Virus record (IMG/VR): IMGVR_UViG_3300012667_000247
Coordinates: 1 to 31,384 of that record
Direction: 5' to 3' (one strand)
Length of the DNA stretch: 31,384 bases
DNA from: a virus
Lineage: Duplodnaviria > Caudoviricetes
Positions 18,881 through 26,023 of this stretch are shown in pieces. Each line of letters begins with the position of its first letter. Within the stretch, counting starts at the first letter, position 1. The notes below the pieces were generated by a model that saw nothing but the letters and a program-made list of their open reading frames with translations, did no database searches and had not been told where the DNA came from. Position numbers and translations under genes: made by a program.

Positions 18881-18994
18881 ATTTTGTTTTTCATAGGTTT
18901 AGGGTTGCACATCCGTTCATCTTATGGGTGAATTGGATGTTGATTAGGTTGAATGCAAAATGGTCGTGGAATTATCTACGGCCATTTTTGTTTT
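18881..18994 (+). ncRNA. Candidate multi-target antisense RNA (tract - hairpin - tract - terminator)
   Basis: 18882-18907 and 18937-18954 are complementary to the start regions of several genes. Hairpins at 18909-18940 and 18957-18988. Confidence 0.55.
18957..18994 (+). terminator. Terminator at the end of the structural operon
   Basis: AAAATGGTCGTGGA-ATTA-TCTACGGCCATTTT stem followed by a T-rich run. Confidence 0.8.
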
Positions 18995-19001
18995 ATTTGT
19001 C

Positions 19002-19033
19002 GGTTTTACTAATTAGTTAAATGGCTAATTTTG
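19002..19033 (+). promoter_or_regulatory. Promoter/operator of the phosphoesterase gene, second copy of the 1873-1904 element
   Basis: 28/32 identity to 1873-1904; ends in the TAATTTTG -7 box. Confidence 0.65.
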
Positions 19034-19047
19034 AAAAAAAACTACAA

Positions 19048-20031
19048 ATGGGCCAAAAACACGATCAGATCAAAGATCATTTTTTTTCATCGCCATTAAA
19101 CATCAAATCATTTTCTGAAAAATATTACGAAACATACGGGTATGTTTCCCCTGAAAATTTTCGGAAAGTAATGCGAAAGCATAATATTTTGATGCGTGAA
19201 CGCAATAAACACATTACAGAAAACACACCGAGTGGCAAAATTGAATCGTTTAATTTAAGCGAATTGGATGATTTCGGCATTGAGCAGTCAATTGGGAAGG
19301 AATACACATCAGCGCGATTGCCGGATAATTTAAAGAAAATCGGCATATTATCCGACATTCACGTGCCGTTCCATTCAGTTGAAGCCGTTGTGTGCGCCAT
19401 TAAACATTTAAGGGAACAAAACATTGATTGCCTGTATTTGAATGGTGACACATTCGATTTTTACAGCATCAGCCGGCATGAAAAGGAAAAGGATTTGCGT
19501 GATTTTCCGAAAGAAATTGAGATGTGCCGTAATTTCCTACAAAAACTGCGTGACATATTCCCAACAATTCCGATCTATTTCAAGGCCGGGAATCATGAAA
19601 ATAGATACCAAAGGTATTTAAATGAGCAGGCTGAGGAATTTGCGCAATTGCACGAAATGCAATTTGACAAATTTTTCCGATTGGATGTGTTGGATTTCAC
19701 TTTTGTTCCTGATTGGCAGGGATTTGAGATGGGTGATTTGTTGGTCGGGCATGGCCATGAGCTCCTAGCAGGCGGAATGAATCCATCACAAAGTGTATTT
19801 AATAAGACATTTTGCAACACATTAATCGGTCACGTGCATCGCACTACAAATACCATAAAGAAAACAGGTTTTAAGGAATACATCCATACTTATTCAACCG
19901 GATGTTTAACGCAATTAAGTCCAAAATATTATCCTTTTGCCCAACACAACCATGGTTTTGCGGTTGTAACAATTGAAAATGGCAAATCAAAAGTTAATAA
20001 TATAATGATTAAAGACGGAAAAATTGTGTAA
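19048..20031 (+). CDS. Calcineurin-like metallophosphoesterase with N-terminal extension
   Basis: SDIH, NGD, GNHE, HGH, GHVH metal-binding motifs. ATG 19048 preferred because 19021 lies inside the promoter. Confidence 0.88.
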   Translation: MGQKHDQIKDHFFSSPLNIKSFSEKYYETYGYVSPENFRKVMRKHNILMRERNKHITENTPSGKIESFNLSELDDFGIEQSIGKEYTSARLPDNLKKIGILSDIHVPFHSVEAVVCAIKHLREQNIDCLYLNGDTFDFYSISRHEKEKDLRDFPKEIEMCRNFLQKLRDIFPTIPIYFKAGNHENRYQRYLNEQAEEFAQLHEMQFDKFFRLDVLDFTFVPDWQGFEMGDLLVGHGHELLAGGMNPSQSVFNKTFCNTLIGHVHRTTNTIKKTGFKEYIHTYSTGCLTQLSPKYYPFAQHNHGFAVVTIENGKSKVNNIMIKDGKIV

Positions 20032-20073
20032 TATTGCATCGGTAATAAAGATTAATGATTCATACGTTGTTGT

Positions 20074-20109
20074 AAAAAAAGGGCATTTCTTATAGATTTG
20101 CCCTTTTTT
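20074..20109. terminator. Bidirectional Rho-independent terminator
   Basis: AAAAAAAGGGCA...TGCCCTTTTTT with A and T tracts on either side. Confidence 0.8.
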
Positions 20110-20150
20110 ATGACCGTTAAATAAATAATTGATATTTTTTTGATTCTTTT

Positions 20151-20193
20151 TGTTTGAAATTGTTTGAAATACAAAATAAAGGTTGTAGGTTTA
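20151..20193 (+). promoter_or_regulatory. Putative early promoter with tandem TGTTTGAAAT repeat
   Basis: TTTG (20163-20166), a 19-nt spacer, then TAGGTTTA (20186-20193), one mismatch from the Bacteroidota -33/-7 consensus. Confidence 0.6.
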
Positions 20194-20224
20194 CATCAAC
20201 AAACAACAACAAAACATCAAAAAA

Positions 20225-20389
20225 ATGGAAAATCACACAATTACTCAAAAAGCAAATTACATTGTTTCAATGATTAAATCTGTTAATAAATCACTTAAAT
20301 ATGCAGTTGAAACGGCAGCGTGGTATTCAATGACAGAAAAAGAGCAGTCGCAAATTGAAAATCAAATTAAAAAAATTTGGAATAATTAA
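20225..20389 (+). CDS. Hypothetical early protein (54 aa, MENHTITQK...)
   Basis: Translated by hand; first ORF after the early promoter, with an A-rich leader. Confidence 0.6.
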   Translation: MENHTITQKANYIVSMIKSVNKSLKYAVETAAWYSMTEKEQSQIENQIKKIWNN

Positions 20390-20440
20390 TTAACACCGGG
20401 CCACAGTGGATTCTGTGGCAATCTTTAAAACAACAACAAT

Positions 20441-20551
20441 ATGTGGAATCTATTAAAAACAATCGACAAAAATGACATTGTAGGATTAGTGATCTGTTTG
20501 ACAGCCCTTGCAATATGCGTTCAATTAATGTACATCATTGGCAACATTTAA
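20441..20551 (+). CDS. Small membrane peptide (36 aa, MWNLLKTIDK...)
   Basis: Translated by hand; one hydrophobic helix; CAA-rich leader. Confidence 0.55.
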   Translation: MWNLLKTIDKNDIVGLVICLTALAICVQLMYIIGNI

Positions 20552-20562
20552 TCACTACGGCA

Positions 20563-20751
20563 ATGATCTACAAAATCACATTCAAAGACAGCGCAGGCTA
20601 TTACACCGTGACAAAGAATTTCGAAAACACGGAGGATTTAGGCAAATACATTGAGAATGAATTGCAGAATCACGGAGGCAAAGAAACAGGAATAGAAGAA
20701 TTTGAATCAATTCAGGAAATGTTAGAAAAACGATATGAGGGTAAAAATTAA
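20563..20751 (+). CDS. Hypothetical protein (62 aa, MIYKITFKD...)
   Basis: Downstream ATG chosen to avoid overlap with 20441-20551. Confidence 0.6.
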   Translation: MIYKITFKDSAGYYTVTKNFENTEDLGKYIENELQNHGGKETGIEEFESIQEMLEKRYEGKN

Positions 20752-20941
20752 TCACGGAGAATTACAACAAAAGGTGGCAGATGATTTGAACAAACGTGGG
20801 ATTCTGCCACCACGAAAAGACAGATGGGAGGCGCACAATGTGCAGATGGCCATTTCAAGAAAACTAAATTATCCCCTAATGTGGGAGGCAGTACACAGAA
20901 TTTCAAAACAAATGTATGATGAATCAGGAAAAACAAAGTAA
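20735..20941 (+). CDS. Small putative DNA-binding protein resembling the serine-recombinase DNA-binding domain
   Basis: VADDLNKRGILPPRKDRWEAHNVQ resembles the IA..LN..GI.T.RG..W....V motif. Confidence 0.55.
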   Translation: MRVKINHGELQQKVADDLNKRGILPPRKDRWEAHNVQMAISRKLNYPLMWEAVHRISKQMYDESGKTK

Positions 20942-21530
20942 CCCATTAGCCGAAATACAGGCAAAATTGAAAGCACCCAAAGGGCAATTCAATTCATTTG
21001 GCAAATACCATTACAGATCAGCGGAGGACATTTTGGAGGCCGTGAAAAAAGTTGTGAATCCAATGGGGTTTTCAATTACATTGACCGATAGAGTGCAAGA
21101 AATCGGGGGGCGCATTTACGTGGAGGCAATGGCAACATTATTCAATGGCGAATTGGAATACAGCGCAACAGGATATGCACGTGAAGAAGAAACCAAAAAG
21201 GGAATGGATGGATCACAGATTACAGGGGCGGCATCAAGTTACGCACGGAAATACGCTTTAAATGGATTATTTGCGATTGATGACACAAAGGATTCAGATG
21301 CAACAAATGATCACGGAAAATCGCAGGAATCGAAGCCACAGGCCAAGGGATCAATCCCTGCGCCATCGCAATTTGACAAAGAATTTGCAATATTGATCAA
21401 TGATGTAAAAAAGGCGGATCATTTAGACAAATTAAAAGCCATTTGGGAGAATTTGACAAATGATGCAAGATTCAACAAAGAAATTCAGCAATTATTTAAC
21501 CACCGAAAAGCAAAATTATCAACCAAATAA
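20916..21530 (+). CDS. erf: ERF-family single-strand annealing protein
   Basis: NSFGKYHYRSAEDIL and QITGAASSYARKYAL.GLF.I...D.D signature. Confidence 0.9.
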   Translation: MMNQEKQSNPLAEIQAKLKAPKGQFNSFGKYHYRSAEDILEAVKKVVNPMGFSITLTDRVQEIGGRIYVEAMATLFNGELEYSATGYAREEETKKGMDGSQITGAASSYARKYALNGLFAIDDTKDSDATNDHGKSQESKPQAKGSIPAPSQFDKEFAILINDVKKADHLDKLKAIWENLTNDARFNKEIQQLFNHRKAKLSTK

Positions 21531-21541
21531 ATAAACAACCT

Positions 21542-22006
21542 ATGAAAAACGAATTGATGACCATTGATGGTCAAATCCTCGAATTAAGCAAAAAAGAAAT
21601 TACGCAGTTGGCCGAAAACTTTATGGCGAACGGTGATTCAATCAACACCGTGAAATTGGCGGCACAGTTGGCCAAATTTCAATTATTATCAGCCGAAATG
21701 GATAAGTTGTTGAAAGAACATTTATTTGTTGATCTGCGCCAAAATAAGGACAGCAAATTATCTGCATACGGTGTGGATTTTTCAGAAATGGAGGCAGGAA
21801 TAAAATTTGACTATTCAGAAACAGAATCGTGGTGCAAATTACAGTTTGAAATCGATCGCCTAAAAGACAAACAAAAATACGTTGAGGCATTCTGCAAGGC
21901 ATTGAAAGGAAAGGTTTCTATATTGGATGAGGAAACAGGTGAATTGGCTGATTTTTACCCACCATCGAAATCATCGACCACCACAATCAAAAAAGTAATT
22001 AAATAA
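21542..22006 (+). CDS. Hypothetical protein in the recombination module
   Basis: 154-aa ORF between ERF and the SSB-like gene; AACCTATG start context. Confidence 0.7.
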   Translation: MKNELMTIDGQILELSKKEITQLAENFMANGDSINTVKLAAQLAKFQLLSAEMDKLLKEHLFVDLRQNKDSKLSAYGVDFSEMEAGIKFDYSETESWCKLQFEIDRLKDKQKYVEAFCKALKGKVSILDEETGELADFYPPSKSSTTTIKKVIK

Positions 22007-22230
22007 TGGAAAATCAAAAATTAAATTGGAATACAATTAAACCATTAAATAATGGTACTTACATCTGTGATTTAGGCGCAGAAGGTGTTTGTTATGGATG
22101 GTTTGATGGTAATGATTGGTTTAAACTTTGGGGTAGTAATTATTCAGCATCAGATAAAATTTTAATATATGGATGGATTAAAATTCCGGAGTATGTAGAA
22201 ACAGAAATAAATCAAATTAATAAGCAATAA
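22006..22230 (+). CDS. Hypothetical protein
   Basis: 74 aa, AT-rich, stop/start coupled to the previous gene. Confidence 0.6.
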   Translation: MENQKLNWNTIKPLNNGTYICDLGAEGVCYGWFDGNDWFKLWGSNYSASDKILIYGWIKIPEYVETEINQINKQ

Positions 22231-22253
22231 ACAATCAATCTAAATAAAAAATT

Positions 22254-22562
22254 ATGGCACGTTTAGTAAGCATTAAAATTGACCTTTCAAAAATCGACAA
22301 ATCACGCATCTTTGAAAGCCAAAAAACAGGGGCAAAGTATTTGGACATCACAGGTGTATTGACAGACACACCGGATCAATACGAAAACAATGGATTCGTA
22401 AAGCAGAACACCACAAAGGAGGAACGTGAGGCGGGTGTCAAATTGCCAATCGTTGGAAATTTTAAGTTGTTGAAAATCTTAAATGATCCGGGCGCACCTG
22501 TATCGGCACAGCCAATCCAACGTGAAGTGAATCCAATTGATAACAGCGAATTGCCTTTTTGA
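22254..22562 (+). CDS. Putative single-stranded DNA-binding protein
   Basis: C-terminal ELPF tail typical of SSBs; close to ERF. Confidence 0.6.
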   Translation: MARLVSIKIDLSKIDKSRIFESQKTGAKYLDITGVLTDTPDQYENNGFVKQNTTKEEREAGVKLPIVGNFKLLKILNDPGAPVSAQPIQREVNPIDNSELPF

Positions 22563-22564
22563 TC

Positions 22565-22834
22565 ATGAGAAAAATTGTTGATAGCTACACAACTAGACAC
22601 GGAGAATTGAAGGCAATTTATTCCGTTGCAACGGCAAATTTGAAGCACAGGGACATTGAAATTGGTGCGGTGTATGAATTGGAATACCGGTTGGGAAATC
22701 AGGTTTTATTTTTGAAATCTGAATTGGATCACGTAACGGATGGAAACCGTACATTATTTTTCAAACATCCTGATCCAGAACGCAGATTGATTGGAATTCC
22801 GATTATGTCCATCATTAGATATGTAAAAAAATGA
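22565..22834 (+). CDS. Hypothetical protein
   Basis: 89 aa from ATG 22565, tightly packed. Confidence 0.6.
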   Translation: MRKIVDSYTTRHGELKAIYSVATANLKHRDIEIGAVYELEYRLGNQVLFLKSELDHVTDGNRTLFFKHPDPERRLIGIPIMSIIRYVKK

Positions 22835-22941
22835 GCATAGAAACGATAATAGATTTGGTATTTTATTGGGCAATTGCACAAATGTTTTTTACGATATTAG
22901 GTGCATTAATCAATATGTATAATGAAAACAAAAACAAGTAA
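22831..22941 (+). CDS. Small membrane peptide (36 aa, MSIETIIDLV...)
   Basis: Translated by hand; ATGA overlap with the previous stop; hydrophobic helix. Confidence 0.5.
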   Translation: MSIETIIDLVFYWAIAQMFFTILGALINMYNENKNK

Positions 22942-23095
22942 AAAAAACGAATTGGGATATACGTTCAATCAGGTTTGGTCGCATATCGCAAAGGAATTAC
23001 AAAGTAATTACAAAAAATTGGGATTAATTCAACCTAAACAACATAATTATGGTAACGTTTCAGCAATATCATCAGGCCAATCCGCATCTTTATGA
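22922..23095 (+). CDS. Hypothetical protein (57 aa, MKTKTSKKNELGYTFNQVW...)
   Basis: Translated by hand; fills the gap before 23049. Confidence 0.5.
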   Translation: MKTKTSKKNELGYTFNQVWSHIAKELQSNYKKLGLIQPKQHNYGNVSAISSGQSASL

Positions 23096-23327
23096 GTTGT
23101 ACAAGGCCATCGCAATGCAGTTGATTCAACAGAATCGCAGGGTTATTGGATCGGCCCACATATTTCAAAAGATGAGATATGAATATCAGTTCAAAACAGA
23201 TGACAGTCCATTCAAAATCGATAACAATTTTGCGCCAATGTATGCACGCAAATTTGTTTTAGAGCATCCACAATTTGGGCATTTGTTTAAATTTAAACCT
23301 TTAAAAGGTAGTTTATTAATGTCATAA
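23049..23327 (+). CDS. Hypothetical phage protein
   Basis: 92 aa with an F..YH..NP.LY...FKIDNNF...YAR.F....P pattern that I associate with phage hypotheticals. Confidence 0.7.
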   Translation: MVTFQQYHQANPHLYELYKAIAMQLIQQNRRVIGSAHIFQKMRYEYQFKTDDSPFKIDNNFAPMYARKFVLEHPQFGHLFKFKPLKGSLLMS

Positions 23328-23330
23328 TAT

Positions 23331-23338
23331 TATATTTG
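23331..23338 (+). promoter_or_regulatory. -7 promoter box TATATTTG
   Basis: Exact match immediately upstream of the structured leader. Confidence 0.62.
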
Positions 23339-23343
23339 TGATG

Positions 23344-23439
23344 TAATCAGCGGAAAGGGTAGGAGTTTTCCGGTGATTAATTGGGTTTAAGAACCACAAA
23401 GCCTGTTTGCACTCCTACGCATTCAGGCTTTATTTTTTT
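23344..23439 (+). ncRNA. Structured leader/sRNA with loop-loop complementarity, ending in a terminator
   Basis: Stem 23344-23379 and stem 23398-23431 plus T7. GTAGGAGT (23359-23366) is the exact complement of the loop ACTCCTAC (23411-23418). Confidence 0.65.
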
Positions 23440-23447
23440 AAAATCAA

Positions 23448-23699
23448 ATGGAAAATAGTTTAGTAGAGATTGGGATGAAAGTAATCCCACATTCAAAGAG
23501 TTATGCACAGGATTTACACAATTCACAGCATTGGCAAATTGCGCAACAAAAGGAACAAAATTTCCTTTATGTCAATTTTATCCATCCATCAAAAACACAT
23601 AAAAGAGTATTTGTTTGCGGCGCAACAAATGATCCGGGTTTAGGATCGGTTGGCGATTTCTTTTTATCAGATGATTTTGATCCTTATTTTGAGCAATAA
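23448..23699 (+). CDS. Hypothetical protein
   Basis: 83 aa, coupled to the initiator start. Confidence 0.6.
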   Translation: MENSLVEIGMKVIPHSKSYAQDLHNSQHWQIAQQKEQNFLYVNFIHPSKTHKRVFVCGATNDPGLGSVGDFFLSDDFDPYFEQ

Positions 23700-24391
23700 T
23701 GGAGAAAGAAGCATTTTATTTTCCGCATTTCTGTAATGCGAGGCACGACCGTAAAATCCGCAGGTTGCGCAGGGAATTAGGAGTTGAAGGATACGGCATT
23801 TATTTTATGCTATTGGAAACATTACGTGAACAACAGGATTTGATGTACCCAATGGATGATTTGGATTTGTTATCAGATGAATTTGGTGTATCTGAGGCAA
23901 AGATCAGAACAACGATTTGCAATTACGAACTGTTTGAAGTTGATGTGGATCGTAAATTCTTTTCACCTAAAATGTTGGTGTATTTAGAGCCATATTTCCG
24001 AATGAAGGAACAACGCAAATTGGCCGGCAAAGCATCAGCAGAAAAACGAATTTCAACGACCGTTCAACGACCGTTCAACAAAGGAAAGGAAAGTAAAGTA
24101 AATGAAATAAAAGAAAATGAAAGTAAAGTAAATGAAATAGTGTTTAGTGACCTATTGTCACCACACATTCAAACACTTGGAACTGAATTTGAAAATTTCA
24201 AATCTTATTGGACAGAAAAAAACGCAAAAGGCAAAGAAAGGTGGCAATCCGAAAAATTCTTTGATATTAGCAGGCGAATCAGTACGTGGATGGCAAATAA
24301 GAATAAATTTAACAACAACAACAATGGAAATTCAACCGGTGAAAAACTTGGAACAAGTGCCGCAAGACTTGAAGCACTACGAAATTGGTAA
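23699..24391 (+). CDS. Replication initiator / replisome organiser, DUF4373 (Lin1244)-like
   Basis: YFPH..NARHD.KI..L....G.EGYGIYF.LLE.L N-terminal domain, internal repeats, and C-terminal F..YWTE......RW..EK.FD...R..TW. Confidence 0.8.
   Translation: MEKEAFYFPHFCNARHDRKIRRLRRELGVEGYGIYFMLLETLREQQDLMYPMDDLDLLSDEFGVSEAKIRTTICNYELFEVDVDRKFFSPKMLVYLEPYFRMKEQRKLAGKASAEKRISTTVQRPFNKGKESKVNEIKENESKVNEIVFSDLLSPHIQTLGTEFENFKSYWTEKNAKGKERWQSEKFFDISRRISTWMANKNKFNNNNNGNSTGEKLGTSAARLEALRNW
24052..24139. repeat. Putative replication origin inside the initiator gene
   Basis: TTCAACGACCG x2.5 (24052-24079), then an A-rich tract with GAAAGTAAAGTAAATGAAATA x2 (24089, 24119). Confidence 0.6.
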
Positions 24392-25076
24392 GGGAACAGC
24401 CAATTTGATCATTAGAGCGCAAAGCAAAGGAAACATCCGTACACGGCCCGAAAATGATTTGAAACAGGTATTGCGTATGGCAATGCTTATGGTTGGCCTA
24501 CGTGGTGCAAATATGCCAACAGATGAAGAAAAATTTGTATTGCTTGCATTTATCAAATCCAATTATGGAAACCAAACACCGGAAGAAATAGCCATTGCAT
24601 TTGAAATGGCAGTTGCAGGCAAATTGAATACTGATTGCAAATGTTATGAGAATTTTTCGTGTGAATACTTTGGCCGGATTATGAACGCATACATTGAATA
24701 TGCAAGGCAGGAAACAAAATTGGTGAAACGGCCTGAAATTGAAGTTGTGAAACCTGTTCCAACAGATGATGAATTGAAGTTGTTGGCCATTGCCAATGTT
24801 AATTCATACGTAAAGCGGATAAAATTATCAGAAAAGAATGGGCAAAAATTCGAATGGACAGCCGGTGGACTTTCGCACCTGTATGATTATTTAGTCAAAT
24901 ATGGCATATGGATTTGCCCTGATTGGATACGTGATGAAATAAAAGCAAGATTGAGGCCAAAATTTACTGATGATAAATTGTACAATGCAGAATGCAAAGG
25001 GGAGGCATACAAATTGTTTTGCCACCAATTAGCCGAAATGGATTTAAAATTGAATGAAAACGGAGAAATAATTTAA
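24324..25076 (+). CDS. Hypothetical protein in the helicase-loader position
   Basis: ATG 24324 preferred over GTG 24147; directly after the initiator. Function inferred from position only. Confidence 0.6.
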   Translation: MEIQPVKNLEQVPQDLKHYEIGKGTANLIIRAQSKGNIRTRPENDLKQVLRMAMLMVGLRGANMPTDEEKFVLLAFIKSNYGNQTPEEIAIAFEMAVAGKLNTDCKCYENFSCEYFGRIMNAYIEYARQETKLVKRPEIEVVKPVPTDDELKLLAIANVNSYVKRIKLSEKNGQKFEWTAGGLSHLYDYLVKYGIWICPDWIRDEIKARLRPKFTDDKLYNAECKGEAYKLFCHQLAEMDLKLNENGEII

Positions 25077-25080
25077 ACCT

Positions 25081-25287
25081 ATGAAAGCAACAGAAACAGA
25101 ATTTGGCACATTGGTGCTAAAAGGATTAGAAAAAAAAGGAATTAGCAGGCACGAATTGGCCGATGAATTGAACACAACGCATTCATCCGTGTGCAATTGG
25201 ATTTCAGGCAAAATGTGTCCGAATTTGATAACAGCATTAAGAGTGTGCAAAATGCTTGATATTGATGCAAATAAAATTTTAGGATAA
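25081..25287 (+). CDS. XRE/Cro-family helix-turn-helix regulator
   Basis: ISRHELADELNTTHSSVCNWISGKMCP is a classic HTH_3 pattern. Confidence 0.88.
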   Translation: MKATETEFGTLVLKGLEKKGISRHELADELNTTHSSVCNWISGKMCPNLITALRVCKMLDIDANKILG

Positions 25288-25538
25288 TGAAAAAAGATAT
25301 TTACAGGATTGTTGAGGTTAAAAAATCGACATTGACAAAAAATACAGGTGGCATTGTTGGGTTTATACCTGAAATTGAGTGGGAAACACTCTACAAAATT
25401 GAAATGTTGGTTTCTCATTTTTATGGTTTTTACAAATATTGGAAATATTGTTCAATAGGCAGATCAATTGAACATTGTGAACGTATTATTGAATTTTACA
25501 AAACTGAGGATACAGAAACCGTTATTAAAGAAACCTAA
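25287..25538 (+). CDS. Hypothetical protein
   Basis: 83 aa, coupled start. Confidence 0.6.
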   Translation: MKKDIYRIVEVKKSTLTKNTGGIVGFIPEIEWETLYKIEMLVSHFYGFYKYWKYCSIGRSIEHCERIIEFYKTEDTETVIKET

Positions 25539-25553
25539 ACCAATAACCGACAT

Positions 25554-25784
25554 ATGAAAAAGAATTTGATTCTAACAGCAGTTTTTCTTACGATTGGATC
25601 AATTGTATGTATTGCAATTAATCAGGTCAGAAAACGAAAGGATGGTGGCAAAAAACAAGTAATTGCCAAACGTTCGGAAGTCAGTCAGGCATTTATGATG
25701 GAAACATTCGAACCGATTGATGATTTTGAAATGATTTATTTTGATGAAACACGTGGATTGGTTCAAATTAAAACGAAACGATAA
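25554..25784 (+). CDS. Hypothetical membrane-anchored protein
   Basis: N-terminal hydrophobic helix; 76 aa. Confidence 0.6.
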   Translation: MKKNLILTAVFLTIGSIVCIAINQVRKRKDGGKKQVIAKRSEVSQAFMMETFEPIDDFEMIYFDETRGLVQIKTKR

Positions 25785-26023
25785 TGGCAAATCAAACAGC
25801 AATGCAAGAAATGTATTTTGATTTAATTCAAAAACATATTGTTTACACTAATGCAAAAATGTATAACGAGGCAAATTCATTGATTTCATCTATTGAATTG
25901 GCGGAACATTTAATTTATAAAGAGAAACAGCAGATAATTAATGCTGCATATAATGGAGCAGATTACGAACATTCATCTTTTGATAATGCAGAACAATATT
26001 ACAATGAAACCTATTCAAAATGA
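25784..26023 (+). CDS. Hypothetical phage protein (EKQQII.A...AEQYYNETY type)
   Basis: 79 aa, coupled on both sides. Confidence 0.65.
   Translation: MANQTAMQEMYFDLIQKHIVYTNAKMYNEANSLISSIELAEHLIYKEKQQIINAAYNGADYEHSSFDNAEQYYNETYSK

Noticed and set aside
18881-18994. CRISPR mini-array or tRNA
   Set aside because: The two hairpins are not sequence repeats, there are no cas genes, and I see no cloverleaf or T-loop consensus. I saw no tRNA elsewhere either.
19021-19047. Longest-ORF starts at 19021, 3841, 20515, 24147, 26476, 26979, 27199 and 28278
   Set aside because: They overlap promoters, terminators or upstream genes. Downstream ATGs with better start contexts fit better.
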